64,000 nt of DNA, taken from the human T2T-CHM13v2.0 reference genome, Homo sapiens. Every line of letters begins with the position of its first letter. Position 1 is the first letter of the stretch. The notes below the pieces were generated by a model that worked only from the letters and a program-made list of their open reading frames with translations, did no database searches and was not told where the DNA came from. The DNA is taken from NCBI RefSeq assembly GCF_009914755.1, contig NC_060925.1; one strand, written 5' to 3'. This document shows positions 1-18,598 of the stretch, one piece after another. A program made the position numbers and the translations under genes.

Positions 1-2
1 AA

Positions 3-409
<407 letters not shown>

Positions 410-767
410 TCAGACAAAATAGATTTCAAGACAAAGACTATAACAAGAGACAAAGAAGGTCACTATATAAATAATAATAAAAGGGTCAATTCAGTAAGAG
501 GATATAACAACTTAAAATATATATGCACTCAACACTGGAGCACCCAAATGTATGAATGAAACATTATTAGAGCTAAAGAGAGAGATAGAACTCAATACAA
601 AAATGGCTGGAGACTTCAGTATCCCACTTACAGCACTGGGCAGATAGTTCAGACAGAAAATCCACAAAGAACCAACAAATTTAATCTGCACTGTGGACCA
701 AATGGATCTAATAGATATTTACAGGATATTTCATCCAAAGGCTGCAGAATATACATTATTTTCCTAA

Positions 768-980
<213 letters not shown>

Positions 981-1522
981 TAGACCATATGTTAGATCAC
1001 GAAACAAAAAAAAGTCTTAAAACATTCAAAAAAAATTGAAACAATATCAAGTATCTTTTATGACCACCATGGAATAAAACTAGGAATGAATAATGAGAGA
1101 AATTTTGGAAAGTCTGCAAATACATGGAAATTAAGTAATGTGCTTCTGAATGACCAGTGGTCAGAATAAATGAAGAGGAAAATTGAAAAATTTTTTGAAA
1201 CAAATGATAATGGAAACAACATACCAAAACCTATGGATACAGCAAAAGCGGTACTAAGAGGGAAGTTAACAGCGATAGTGCCCACTTGAAAAGGAGGGAA
1301 AACTTCAAACAAACAATTTAACAATGCATCTTAAAGAACTAGAAAAAAAGAGTAAACCAAACCCCAAATTAGTCTAAGAAAAAATAATAATAAAGATGAG
1401 AGCAGTCATAAATAAATTTGAAATGAAAAAACAATACAAAATATCAATGAAACAAAAGTTGTTTATTTATTTTTTTGGAAAGATAAACAAAACTGAAAAA
1501 ACTTCAGCCAGACTAATGAAGA

Positions 1523-1575
1523 AAATAAATAAATAAATAAATAATAAATAAATAAAATAAAATCATAAATAAAAA
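1523..1575. repeat. (AAAT)n-like simple repeat within L1
   Basis: Directly visible AAATAAAT run. Confidence 0.85.
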
Positions 1576-3000
1576 AAGAAATTACAACCAATACTGAAGA
1601 AAGTCAAAGGATAATTAATGGCTACTATAAACACCTAAATGCCAATAAATTGGAAAATATAGAAAAAAATAGAGAAATTCCTAGATACATACAATCTATC
1701 AAGATTGAACCAGGAATAAATCCAAAACCTGAACATAACAGTAACAAGTAATGATATCGAAGCCATAATAAAAAGTCTCCCAGTAAAGAGAAGCCCAGGA
1801 TCTGATGCCTTCAATGCTGAATTTTATCAAACATGTAAGGAAGAACTAATACTAATCCTGCTCAAACTATTCAAAAAATAAAGGATGAAGGAATATTTCC
1901 AAACTCATTCTACAAGGCCAGTATTACCCTGACACCAAAACAGACAAAGAAATATCAAAAAAGGGAAACTACAGGCCAATATCTCTGTTAAATATTGATG
2001 CAAACATTCTCAACAAAATACTAACAAACTGAAGTCAACAATACATTAGAAAGATCATTCATGATGACCAAATGGGATTTATTCCTGGGATACAAGGATG
2101 GTACAACATGTGCAAATCAATCAAAATGATACATCATATCAACAGAATAAAGAATAAAAAACATGCGATAGTTTCAATTGATGCTGAAAAGGCACTGATA
2201 AAATTCAATATCGCTTCATGATAAAAACCCTCAAATGGAAACAGAAAGAACATACCTCAACATAATAAAAGCCATATATGGCAGACCCACAGCTATTATC
2301 ATAGAGAATAGGGAAAAACTGAAATAATTTCTTCTAAAACCTGGAACATGACAAGGATAAGGATGACCACTGTCACCACTGTTATTCAACATAGTGCTGG
2401 AAGTTCTAGCTAGAGCAATCAGACAAGAGAAAGAAATAAAAGGCATCCAAATTGAAAAGTTAGAAATCAAATTATCTTTCGGTGCTTAAGATATGATCTT
2501 ATATTTGGAAAAACCTGAAGACTCCACAAGAAAACTATTAGAACTGTTAAATAAATTCAGTAAAGTTACAGTCTAAAAAAATCAACATACAAAAATCAGT
2601 AGCATTTCTATATGCCAACAGTGAAAAATCTAAAAAAAAATCAGGAAGGTAATCTCATTTATAATAGCTACAAATGAAATAAAATATCTAAGCATTCACC
2701 TAATCAAAGATGGAATGATCTGTACAATGAAAACTATAAAACACTGATGCAAGAAATTGTAGAAGACATAACAAAATGGAAAGATATTTTATGTTTATGG
2801 ACTGAATGAATCAATATTGTTAAAATGTCCATACTAACAAAAGCATTTTACAGATTCAATGCAATCCATATTAATATACCAATGACATTCTTCACAGAGA
2901 AGAAAAGTAATCCTAAAATGTATGTGGAACACAGAATTCCCAGAATATCCAAAGCTATCCTAAGCAAAACGAACTAAACTGGAGGAATCACATTACCCAC

Positions 3001-3362
3001 TGTATTAGTCCATTATCATGCTGCTATAAAGATACTACCTGAGACTAGGTAGTTTATAAGCAAAAGACATTCAATTGACTCAGAGTTTCACATGGCTGGG
3101 GAGGCCTCAGGAAACTTACAGTCATGGCACAAGGCAAAGGGGAAGCAAGACATGTCTTACATGTTGGCAAGAGAAAGAGAAAGTATGCAGGGAAACTGCC
3201 AAACACTTTTAAAACCATCAGCGCTTGTGAGAACTATCAAGAGAACAGCATGGAGGAAACTGTCCCCATGATCTAATCATTTCTGAAAGTTTCCTCCACT
3301 GACACGTTGAGATTACAATGTGAGATGAGATGTGGGTGGGAACACAGAGCCAAACCATATCA
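3001..3362 (-). mobile_element. Solo MaLR LTR (THE1D/MSTA-like)
   Basis: Termini TGTATTAGTC...AAACCATATCA. 5-bp TSD CCCAC/CCTAC. Splits L1 at ATCACATTACC|..CTTTAAATTATAC. Confidence 0.93.
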
Positions 3363-4960
3363 CCTACCTTTAAATTATACTACAGAACTATAGCAACCAA
3401 AGCAGCATGGTACTGGCATAGAAAGATACACATGGACCAAGAGAATAGAGCAGAGAACCCAGAAATAAATTCACACATCTGCGGTGAACCCATTTTTGAC
3501 AAAGGTGCCAAGAATATACCTTGGGGAAAGAACAGTCTCTTCAAAAAATGATGCTGAGAAAACTAGATATCTACATGCAGAGGAAAGAAACTAGACCCCT
3601 GTTTCTTGCCACATACAAAAATCAAATCAAAATGGATTAAAGACTTAAATATTATGCTTCAAACTATGAAACTACTACAAGAAAACGTTGAAGAAAATCT
3701 CCGGGACATTGGTCTGGGCAAAAATTTCTTTAGCAATACCCCCACAAGCACAGGTAAGCAAAGCAAAAATGGACAAATGGGATCATATCAAGTTAAAAAG
3801 CTTCTGCACAGCAAAGGATGCAATCAACAAAGTGAAGAGACAACCCACAGAACGGGAGAAAAGATTTGTAAACTTCCCAATTGTCAAGGGATTAATAACC
3901 AGAACATATAAGGATATCAAACAATTCTATAGGAAAAACTCTAATAATCTGATTGAAAAAAACTGGGCAACAAATTTGAATAGATATTTCTCAGAAGAAG
4001 ACACACAATTGGCAAAGAGACATATAAAAAGGTACTCAGCATCATTTATCATCAGAGAATTTCAAATCAAAACTACAATGTATTATCAGTTTACCCCAGG
4101 TAAAATGGCCTATATCCAAATGACAAGCAATAAAAAAATGTTGGCAAGGATGTGGAGAAAAGGGAAACCTTGTATACTGTTTGTGGGAATGTAAATTAGT
4201 ACAAACACTATGGAGAATAGTTTGGAGATTCCTCAAAAAACTAAAAATTGAGCTACGGTATGATCCAGCAATTCCACTGCTGGGGGATATACTAAAAAGG
4301 AAATCAGTATATCAAAGATATATCTGCACTCCTATGTTTGTTGTGGCATTGTTTACAATAGCTAAGAGCTGGAAGCAACCTAAGTGTCCATCAACAGATG
4401 AATAGGTAAAGAAAATGTGGTACATATACACAATGGAGTACTATACAACCGTAAAAAAGAATGAAATCCAGTCATTTGCAACAACATGGATGAAACTGGA
4501 GATCATTATGCTAAGTGAAATAAGCCAGGCACAGAAAAACAAACATGATGTGTTCTCACTTATTTGTGGGATCTAAAAATAAAAACAATTGAACTCATGG
4601 ACATAGAGAGTAGAAGAATGGTTACCAGAAGCTGGAAAGTGTAGTGAAAGAGTAGTTGGGAAGGTGGGGATGGTGAATGGGTATAAAAAAATAGTTAGAA
4701 ATGGTGAATAAGACTTACTATTTGACAGAACAACAGGTTGAGTATAGTCAATAATAACTTAACTGTCTATTTTGAAATAAATAGTGTAATTGGATTGTTT
4801 GTAACTCAAGGGATAAATGCGGGAGGGGATGTATACCCCATTATGTACTTATTTCACATTGCATGCCTGTATTAAATCATCTCATGTACCACATAAATAT
4901 ATATGCCTAATACGTACCCATAAAATGAAAATAAACATAAAATAGTAATAATTATCATTA

Positions 4961-7889
<2,929 letters not shown>

Positions 7890-8258
7890 TGATATGGTTT
7901 GACTCTCAGTCCCCACCCCAATCTCATTTTGAATTGTAATCCTCATGTGTCAAGGGAGGAACATAGTGAGAGGTAATTGGATCATAGGGGCAGTTTCCCC
8001 CATGCTGTTCTCATGGTAGTGAGTGAGTTCTCAAAAGATCTGATGGTTTTACAAGTGTTTGGAAGTTCCTCCTTCACTCTTCTGTCTTCTTCCACCTTGT
8101 GAAGAAGGTGCTTGCTTCCCCTTTGCCTTCTGCAATTACTGTAAGTTTCCTAAGGCCTTCCCAGCCGTATGGAACTATGAGTCAATTAAACCTCTCTACT
8201 TTATAAATTACCCAGTATCCGGTATTTCTTTATAGCAGCGTGAAAATGGACTAACACA
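7890..8258 (+). mobile_element. Solo MaLR LTR (MSTA/THE1D-like)
   Basis: Termini TGATATGGTTTG...GGACTAACACA. Perfect 5-bp TSD AAGTC at 7885-7889 and 8259-8263. Confidence 0.95.
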
Positions 8259-8329
8259 AAGTCTTTAATTTTTAAAAAAAATAACATCTTTTAATAGTTG
8301 TTTATACTTACATATTTACTCGGAAGACA

Positions 8330-8700
8330 TTAGGCCATTTAAATTTCTCTCAATTCCCAATATTGAAGATATATTTATTTACCCACTTACCTCAGTTCTG
8401 GAATGTTTTCATTTATAATGTCTTTGCTTATTTATTCATTACTCTTTATTCTTTGTTCTTCTCTAGGGACTCCTATTATTTAGTATATTCTTATTTTCAA
8501 ATTTCTCTTGAAATTATCTATACACACTTTTCAAATTACTCCAGTTTATCTTGTACTTCAGTTATCGGATTTTCTTCAAGGACAATTCTGATGCACTGTA
8601 TTGAATGTTTTCAATTATGATTTTATTTTTCTATCTTAAAATGACTTTAGTCTTTTCTGAGCTCATTGTTAAAATGAAGTTTCAGTTCACTAAGCACTGG
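8330..8700 (-). mobile_element. Ancient L1 (L1M) ORF1-region fragment
   Basis: T-rich sequence with motifs (CTCAGTTCTGGAA, TCTAGGGACTCCTATTA) typical of antisense L1M ORF1. Confidence 0.5.
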
Positions 8701-9089
8701 TATGAACTGTTTTACCAAAGATTCTAGATATTCACAAAAATAGTTATTCAGAAATTAATATCACCTTTAAGGTTTTTATGACTTCTCCTTTATTGTTGAT
8801 GCTTCAGAATATTTTGGTTTTTTAATTCTTTTAAACTAGGAACATTTTTTAAAACTAATAATATCTACTAATTAGTTTTCTTACTTCTGGGGAATTGGAA
8901 AAGAGATAAACTTAAAGTCCTCAATATTTGAGATTGGGAAATAGATCAGCTTTAAAGGTTCCTTTTATTTGCTTTCAAAATGCAAATATTTGCAGAATAC
9001 ATTCTTGTATTTTTAATTAAATCAATTCTTGATTTAATGTTTGCAATAATATATTCCAAAAAGAGGAGATTAATAAACAGAAATGCATA

Positions 9090-9879
<790 letters not shown>

Positions 9880-11924
9880 TTATAATTAGATGTATCTAAT
9901 GATAACCTACATGTCATAAAACAATACTAAACGTTGTTTCATAAATTAAAAAAGATAAAAGTAATTCTCATGAAGAATCAGAAATGGCTTCAAAAAGGAA
10001 TTGTCAGTGTAGAGGATTGTCTGGGTGACAGAAAGACAAAATGCATGAAAAATCAGTGAAGACACCATTGCAATATCGTAGGATCATATCTTAGTATTCT
10101 AAGAGCTGAGGCTAGTGTCTTGGGCTATAAGTGCCTCTTAAGTAGTCGCTGAATGTGAACAATATTGGACCGAAGGTTATCTTTGACAACAAACTGAGTT
10201 ACCAGATAGAGAGAAGGACACAAGCTTTTCTCATCAGCTATACTAATTACCTTATTGGAAAGTTCTGTATTTTAGCATGTATTTTGAGATTTTAATTTCT
10301 TATTAAATAAAAACACATTGGGAAATGTTATTTATATAGTCATTAGCATGTTGGAAATATGGAAAGTTGCAAACAACACAAAAGTGATAAAATATTTGCA
10401 AATTTCAGGTTGAGAAGATTTCCAATTAAACGAACCCTTATTATCTTTACATTTATATTTTTTGATAAAAGGAGTATAGCAATAGTTTATAAATGCAGAT
10501 GTAAGAAAATATGAGAAGAAAAAATTATTTGTATTCAAGTCTAAGGTGACCTCCATACCACAGACTAAATCTATCCACCCACCCACTGAAATAGCACCTG
10601 CTCTGGAGGGTCTAATTTCACTTTCAGCAGCATTACTGAAAGAATAGGCAGAAGAACCTAGCAAGTCCACTAAATATGGACTTCATCAATCAGCTAGCAA
10701 ACACAGCCATGTCTAAAAGAAGTCAATCATTACTTCTATTGGGTCAGAAAGCAGAAAATCAAATATAAAGCATGTCTGGATTTCTTCAAAAGTAGCATGT
10801 TGTTTGAGGCCAACAGAACTTTTCTTAAGTATTCTTTCTCCCTGCAAAAGATATTATGAACATTTCAATCGTAGACAACCCTACAATTTCAAAAGAATTT
10901 GGTACAAAAATGTCACTTACAACAAAGGTAAACTATAAAATATAGATGAGGGAGGGAGCAGAAGTAAGTTTAAAAAAAGTTTCTTTTTAAATTTAAAACC
11001 TTCAAAATTAATTCCTACCTCATGTAGCTGTGACAAATGAGAAATCTTAGAAGAGAGTTACAGAAGGAGACCAGTGGGTGAGACTGTACACAGAGAGACA
11101 GTTACATCGTCAGAAAGCCAGACCTCTTGTGCCATTCTCACTCCCTCCTCATACTTCCCAGCTTTGGCACTTTATGCAAATATGTACCTTATTCCTAGCA
11201 CATATCCACAGATTTCCTCCACTCTCTAAAGAAGCTTGGAGAACTCCCTAAAGAGAGCTGGAGGTGTGGGGATGTGTATTCATTTGCCACCATTGGGCAA
11301 TCAGGTTAAATAAACTTGTTTTACTGCAATCTCCAAGGTTGCAAGCAAACTAAAGCAAAGAATGAGTGTATGAAAATGCTGCATGGATAAATGTGGGAAA
11401 GGAAGATTACTAAATGCACAGTTAGTGAAAAATTTCCAAAGCATTATTATATCTGTGCACAGCTTTACAATTTTAACAATATCGCAACTTTAATTTTTAG
11501 ATTTTCAAGTAAAGACTCTGCTGAATTGCCAGTGTTCTACAGACCAGAACAAAACCTGACTTAGTAGAATGGATTACACAAGTAAGTCATGTAAGGCAGC
11601 ATGAAGACCACCCAGCTTTACTTTGTGAGGTGTAATTCTCACTGTAGACTTCCATGTCATTCAAAGCAGAGCATTTAGGGCAGAAAACCTCAGGATATTG
11701 TGCAATATCCTTTTAGGACTGGCCCATTCCCAAGCTGTACTGTAATCAGTGGATTAAAAAAAAAAAAAGCACATAAGCATAAATTGGGAGAGTGTAAGAG
11801 ATAAAGTCAGATTTCTTCAGTTTTAAGTGGGGGGGACCTATCTTATATCTACCCCCAGTACCAAGAACAATGCCAAGAGGGCACGTGCTTCTTATATACA
11901 GTATAGGAAGCAATGCACATAGCC

Positions 11925-12105
11925 TTGTTCATTGCACACTTGCTGTGCGACCATAGGCAAGTCATTTTCCGTCTCCAACTTTAGTATGTCCCTTACAAAG
12001 GGTGGTTGGTAATGAAACCTCTCTCTGGGATTGTTTCAAAATGTAATTAGATTACGCCTGTGAAAGCACTCTGTGAACCCTAAAGTGCTCTGCAAATATA
12101 AGGGA
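11925..12105 (+). mobile_element. MIR/MIR3 fragment
   Basis: GCTGTGCGACCATAGGCAAGTCA core and GTGAAAGCACT...AAAGTGCT 3' end. Confidence 0.65.
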
Positions 12106-12369
12106 TAAAATGTTGGAAAGCTGCCTCTGGATGATTCCTTCTCAAATATGCCCAGATATTAACATTTTAGTGGTGAAAAAAAGACTGCTAATATTTCCCA
12201 TTGGCACTTTTCTATTGCAGAAGTAAGTAATCTAAGTAGAAGCAGTACTTTTTTTCCTCAAGACTCAACAAAGCTACTTTCATTTAAATTGCAGCACGTC
12301 AACATTTTTATTTTCCCCGAGTTGACTGTTTTGGGAAATATATATATGCTCACCCCTTGTCTAATTTCC

Positions 12370-12712
12370 ATTAGACTCTGAAAGTCAGAGTAGCCCTATC
12401 CTGGTCTTGACATTACATCTCTCTGTGTGACCTTGGGCAAATTACTGTTCTTGCTATCATTAGTTCAGTACAGGTATATATATGGCCCCTAATGTATGCC
12501 AAGCTCTGTGTTAGGCTCAGCCTGAGATACTGAAAAAAGAGCAAAAGTCCCCTACAGCTAAGAAGTTTACATTAAGTTTTTTAGTCTCCCAAACAGAAAT
12601 GATAATCACTGTGCTATCCACCTCCCAGATTTGATGTGAGGTTAAAAGACAGCACAGAAGAGTACTTGGCAAAATTCAAAAATGGTACATAAATGCAACA
12701 TGTTATTATTAC
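12370..12712 (+). mobile_element. MIR split by a short L2 3' fragment (~12455-12575)
   Basis: TGTGTGACCTTGGGCAAATTACT core, then L2-like TATGCCAAGCTCTGTGTTAGG, then MIR 3' part (CCTCCCAGA..TGTGAGGTTAAA). Confidence 0.6.
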
Positions 12713-13772
12713 CAAACATAAAATTATCAACAGCGTATAGATGGTGAAAGAATACTTGAGAGAAGAGGAGATTAATATTTATCGAGCTTCTGCTCCATAC
12801 AGAGAAATGTACATATATTACTCTACCTACACAACAAACTGGTTAGGTGGATATTAATCACTGCTTTTGACCAAAGGGAAATATAATAGTTAAAGGAATC
12901 TAGTTAAAAAATCAGAGCCACTATTCAAACCATAGCCTGATTGCAAAAGACTCTACAGAAACCGTTTATATAGATTTTTATATTGCTTCAGAAATCCACA
13001 TATATTTCACCAGAAAAGAAAGAGCCCCCAAAAGTTAACAAGCAGCAATTTCAGTTGCAGAAGTAGACAAGAACATATTTTTAACTTATTTTTAAAAATA
13101 ACAAAGAAGGAAAGAAACAAAATGAACTAATTTAATTAATAGAGCAACACAAGGAATCAAAAAAGGTATCATTATCTTTTCTAATTCCCTAAACAAGGCT
13201 CCTGCCTAAAATGATTTTTGTTTAAAAGCAAAACTAATGTTGTTTTCTGAATCCTTAAGTAGATAGAATGGATGGAAAGCTGCACATTTCAGCACTCACA
13301 CAGTTAAAAGAATCACTTGAGAGGGCTTCGTGAAATCGAAATTTCTGTAATGCTTTCTGTGTGGATTAGCATACCAAGCAAAGTACAAAGGTAGCTTAAT
13401 GCCTAGATATATTAAAACCAAGAGCTTAACTTCTAATATCCTCTCTCCAATCAGGTATGGATTTACAAAACATTTTACTCTTGTTGTTAGTTTTCCTAGC
13501 TAAAACTCACAACTAAATCCATCAGCGTAAAAGATTGTTGAGTTATATTGGTATGATTTTCAAAATTTATTTTCAACCTATAAAGCAGAATAAGATAAAC
13601 TCCAGGGGTATGCGAAAGCTGGAAACTGCTTAGAAGCAGCTAACAGGGCACATATAAATCAAGCAGCCTGGAATTATAAATATGTAATAACTGTTTAGAA
13701 AAAAAATTTAATGATTGAATCTCTTGCTGACCTAAATGGATATGAATTAACACTTCTCCTTCACAGCGGGAA

Positions 13773-14010
13773 GATAACTAGTAATATTTATCTAGCATCT
13801 ACTAAATGCTAGACCTGTGTCAATGCATTTTATACATTATCTCATTTACTTCCCATAAGAAAAACCCTATGAAGAGAGTAATATTGTATTTATGTTCTAG
13901 CCAGATGATGGAACTTCCAGATGATAGAACTGAGATTTAGAATTTAAATAATGGTCCAAGAGTGCACAGCTAATAAATAACGGAGCCGGAATTGAACTCA
14001 GCCTGTCTCT
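13773..14010 (-). mobile_element. MIR
   Basis: ATTATCTCATTTA..AACCCTATGA..AACTGAG..CCAAG..CACAGCTAATAAATAACGGAGCCGGAATTGAACTCAG. Confidence 0.8.
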
Positions 14011-14120
14011 TTCTACTATCCTATTCCATGTCAGGTGCCATAGAGGATCACACCTCTTTTCTGTGTGCCATTTGCAAATATAAAAAAGCTTGGAAGGCAA
14101 TGAAAAGAATTCCAAGTATA

Positions 14121-14242
14121 GATTCATTCACTGATTTAACAAATAATTCTTAAGTACCTATTCTCTGTCAAGCCCAGTGATGAAAAGCACAGTCGTGAAG
14201 GAAATAAATGTGGGCCTTGCTCTCATGGGGTTTACAGTACAG
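14121..14242 (-). mobile_element. L2 3' end fragment
   Basis: ATTCATTCA..AACAAATA..CCTTGCTCTCATGGGGTTTACAGT. Confidence 0.7.
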
Positions 14243-14324
14243 ATTATTTTAGGCTTTGAGACTGAGCCTTTCCCAGACACTCCAAAATTGAGAAGAAACT
14301 CCTCATAAATTGAGACTCTATGTG

Positions 14325-14490
14325 GTGAGTCAGATATGCCTACTCTATTACTTACTGGCTGTTGACACATGCTAAATAGTAAACATACTTTATAGATGAG
14401 TGTCATCTATAAAATAGAGATAATAAAAATTGCACTATCCACCTCAAGATAGTATTGTAAAGAATAAATAACATAATGCATGTGAAATTA
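14325..14490 (+). mobile_element. MIR fragment
   Basis: GAGTCAGA..CTTACTGGCTGTTGAC..TCATCTATAAAATAGAGATAATAA..ACCTCA. Confidence 0.65.
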
Positions 14491-14606
14491 TCACAAACAT
14501 TCAAAGATAGACGCATACATCTGTGTATATATACATACATAAAAGGATAATCATTATGCTTTTCAAGGTGAAGACATTATATATTTACCTTATTGAAATA
14601 ACAATT

Positions 14607-14893
14607 AGCCAAGGGCAGTGGCTTATGCCTATAATCCCAGCACTTTGGGAGGCAATGCAGGAGGATCCCTTGAGCCCAAGAATTCAAGACCAGCTTGGGC
14701 AACATGACAGGACCCCATCTCTACAAAATTTGTTAAAAAAATTTTCAGGGCATGATGGCATGCCCTTGTTGCCCCAGCTACTTGGGAGGCTGAGGTGGGA
14801 GGATTGCTTGAGCCTAGGAGTTTGAGGCTACAGTGAGTTATGATTATGCCACTGCATTCCAGCCTGGCCAACAGAGCAAGACTTTACCTGAAA
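14607..14893 (+). mobile_element. AluJ (AluJo-like), with the A-tail almost lost
   Basis: J-type diagnostics GGAGGATTGCTTGAGCC..GAGGCTACAGTGAG. Confidence 0.93.
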
Positions 14894-15236
14894 CTATGAA
14901 AAGTAATTATTATGTGACATGATGGCAACAGTTGCTACCAGATTGGGAAGTTGTGAGGTTTCTGCTAATGTAGACACATAGATAATACATGGGAAAAATG
15001 ATTGCAGAAAAGAATAAGTTATTCATAATTTTAATTACTTGTTATTTGATAATATAGTATCAAGGCATCTTGTAGCCTCACAAAGCATAACTTTGGATTT
15101 CCTACCTTGTGGTTTTGTATTTAGCTAGTCAACCCAAATCCTTTCCCCAAACACAGCGCAATGAGAACAGCAAGTTAACATGAAGTTTTAACAAAGAGAT
15201 GCTCATTGCCATGCACTGTGCTGGACAATGAAGAGA

Positions 15237-15666
<430 letters not shown>

Positions 15667-17286
15667 TCAAGACACAAATTCATCCTCGTGTTTAAGAAAC
15701 CCCTAAACCAAGGACTGGGGCATAAAAAGGCAATTTCCTGGTAAAGGTGAGTACTTGTTGGTAGGAGAATGGAGAGAAGTCACGGTGCAAACACATGGAA
15801 ACAAAAGCAAGTGGAAAACACTAGTAACTACAACACAGTTCACTGTGGCTAACATGTGGCATGCAGAGGGTAAAACAGGACAAACTGAAACTGGAGCAAA
15901 CTGAAACTGGAGTTTGTTTGCAGCAAAATCTGAAACTGGAGGCCTTGACTAGGGAGAGGTATTTTGGGAATAAAGACTCTTGATTGTATTAAGGAATGTG
16001 GAATCTCTTCTCAGAGTAAAGTGACTGATATAAAAAGGCTTTGACTTTGATTTTGATTTTGGAGTCAGACAAGGAAAGTCACTCTTTGATCTGCTCTTTA
16101 GATATACCCTGGTGGCTTCTGGGTGGACGACGGGTTGGTAGTTTAATCAGGAGCCTAATTAGGAGGATGTTAAAATCGATAAGCTGAGCTTTTGCTGAGT
16201 TACCCATGATCCATGACTGAAAGTAAGGGAGTACCATACATGTACACCATGAACAGAGTAAATAGTATGCCAAAGAAATTAAATGCTAATTGAAAAGCCG
16301 AATGTGTACTGAGCAGGATGAGGAGGAGTCACGGAGGTGAATAAAGTTGTTTCCTCTGGCCCAGGCTTGTCACACTTCCAGGTTTGATTGAAGTATTCTC
16401 CACATTCCCCTCAAACTTCTGCCCACCAACCTCTCTTAACACCCTCAAGAGCTCTCAATTATTCTTTTTGTTCGGATTGGGGAAAAAAGCGTGACTGCTG
16501 CTTTTTCAGCAAGTGAAATGCAAACACTATTTGTGGACTGCAGAAGGCCAATCAGGTACAGCATTTACTTAGTGGGTCAGGGAGGAGTCTAATCTGACTG
16601 AGAATTCACTTGCAGCTTTTAGCCCTGTCCTTGTCATGACATCCACAACACACTTATCTCCTCTCTACACACATTACTGCTTTAGAGCAAGGCACTTTTT
16701 GTCTCCTACAGGAAGATAGATTTATTCATTTCAGTGGTATCATAATATTGAACAGCTGGTCACTGCTTCTCACTGTCTCATTCCTCACACACTTCTGCTT
16801 TATCAGTCACAAGTCCCATGGCTAAACACTGTGAAAACCAGAGGAAATGTGTTATAAAAGCAACAATACTGATGAACAAAACATACAGACCCTCTGGATA
16901 TAAGTGACAAATCCAACAGTGCATTGTTCTGTTCTTTTCTAAAATAAATCCTAAAAAGAAAAGTTTTTAGGCTGATATAAAGCCTCATATTTGAATGATA
17001 TAGCTCATATTTTCATAGTTTTGAATGCCATTTATCTGACTTAGTTCATGACCAAAAATGTGTGTGACTAGGGAGATCAATTGTGCAGCCAGAACGTGGA
17101 AGTTAAATAGACTATTCAAATTTACAGAGCAATGTAGTAATTACTGAGGCAGGTATCCAGATTCCAGGATGAATTGCCAACTCCTAGATCAGGTTTAAAG
17201 GCTCTGAACTGGCCCCTTGATCAAACCATAGAGGAAGCTCCACAGGAACCTTTATTTACAGTCAAAATTCCCTATGTAAGTCTTCT

Positions 17287-17987
17287 TGTAACCATCCAAG
17301 AGGCTCCTACTACCTGCTGCATAGAGAAAGACCATGGCACTGCAGATGGCATTGCAATAAAGAAAGAGTTTAATAGACACGAGGCCAGCCACAACATGTG
17401 GGAGACAGACTTAGTACTCATATTATTTCATCTGAAGTTCCTAGGTTAGGGGTTTTCGAAAGGCAGTTTGGGGGAAGGCATGGGGTGGCTAGGCTTGCTG
17501 CTGATTGGTTGGGGTGGAGATGAAATCACAGGGGGTCAAAGTTGTCTTCCTGCATGCTTAATCACTTCTGGGTAGGGTCACAAGTGCTGAGTTGGTGAGT
17601 CCAGGTGGGTCTAGGTGGAGCCATGGGTATCAGACATGCAAAAACACTGCAGACATACTTCAAAAGGCCCATCCACAACAGTGGTGCTATTTGCAGGAGT
17701 AACTGGCAAAGTTGCGTATCTTATAACCTCCAGAGTAATAGCTGACATTCTTTTATGTCTGTGCATTAGCAGGACGCAGGCTCCTCCCCTCTCCCCAGCC
17801 TGATGATCTCCATTAGCTTTACAAAAGTGACTGACTTTTAGAGGAGGCCTATTATCATTTAGACTATAGCCTAAATGTCTTCCCAAGTTAGCTTGGCCCA
17901 ATAGCCAAGGATTAATTAAGGGAAATCCAAGGTGATGAGTTAACTCAGATCTCTTTCACTGGTATAATTTTTGCAAAGGCACGTTCA
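17287..17987 (-). mobile_element. Solo ERV1 LTR (LTR8-like, MER4 group)
   Basis: TGTAACC...ATTGCAATAAAGAAAGAGTTTAAT...ATAATTTTTGCAAAGGCACGTTCA, the reverse of an LTR8-type 5' end. About 700 bp with TG..CA termini. Confidence 0.8.
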
Positions 17988-18186
17988 TTTTCACCACTAT
18001 CCTTTTTATCATCTGTGGGCTTTTTACTGATATTAGGATAACAAAAACAATTATAATCAAACAGCTGCAGCATAATGATTAATATTGAAATAATGACAAC
18101 AGCAACAGTGACAGTAAAGTGACTGTAGCAAGGTGCTTAAGCCTGCAGGCTGCAGGCTGTCAATCACACGTCTATTTATATTCTAG

Positions 18187-18501
<315 letters not shown>

Positions 18502-18598
18502 GTGCCCCAATGTTCTTTGACTCTATGAGCCTAGGCATGTTACTTACCCTCTCTGTTCCTCTGCCCCCTTTTTAAAAAAAAAGTAATAAATAAGTGTC

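Noticed and set aside
3330-4405. ORFs of 73-168 aa resembling L1 ORF2p
   Set aside because: They are frameshifted, stop-ridden pieces of a dead L1MA ORF2, not a functional CDS.
10332-10670. 112-aa minus-strand ORF
   Set aside because: Non-ATG start, an AT-rich low-information C-terminal half, and no recognisable homology.
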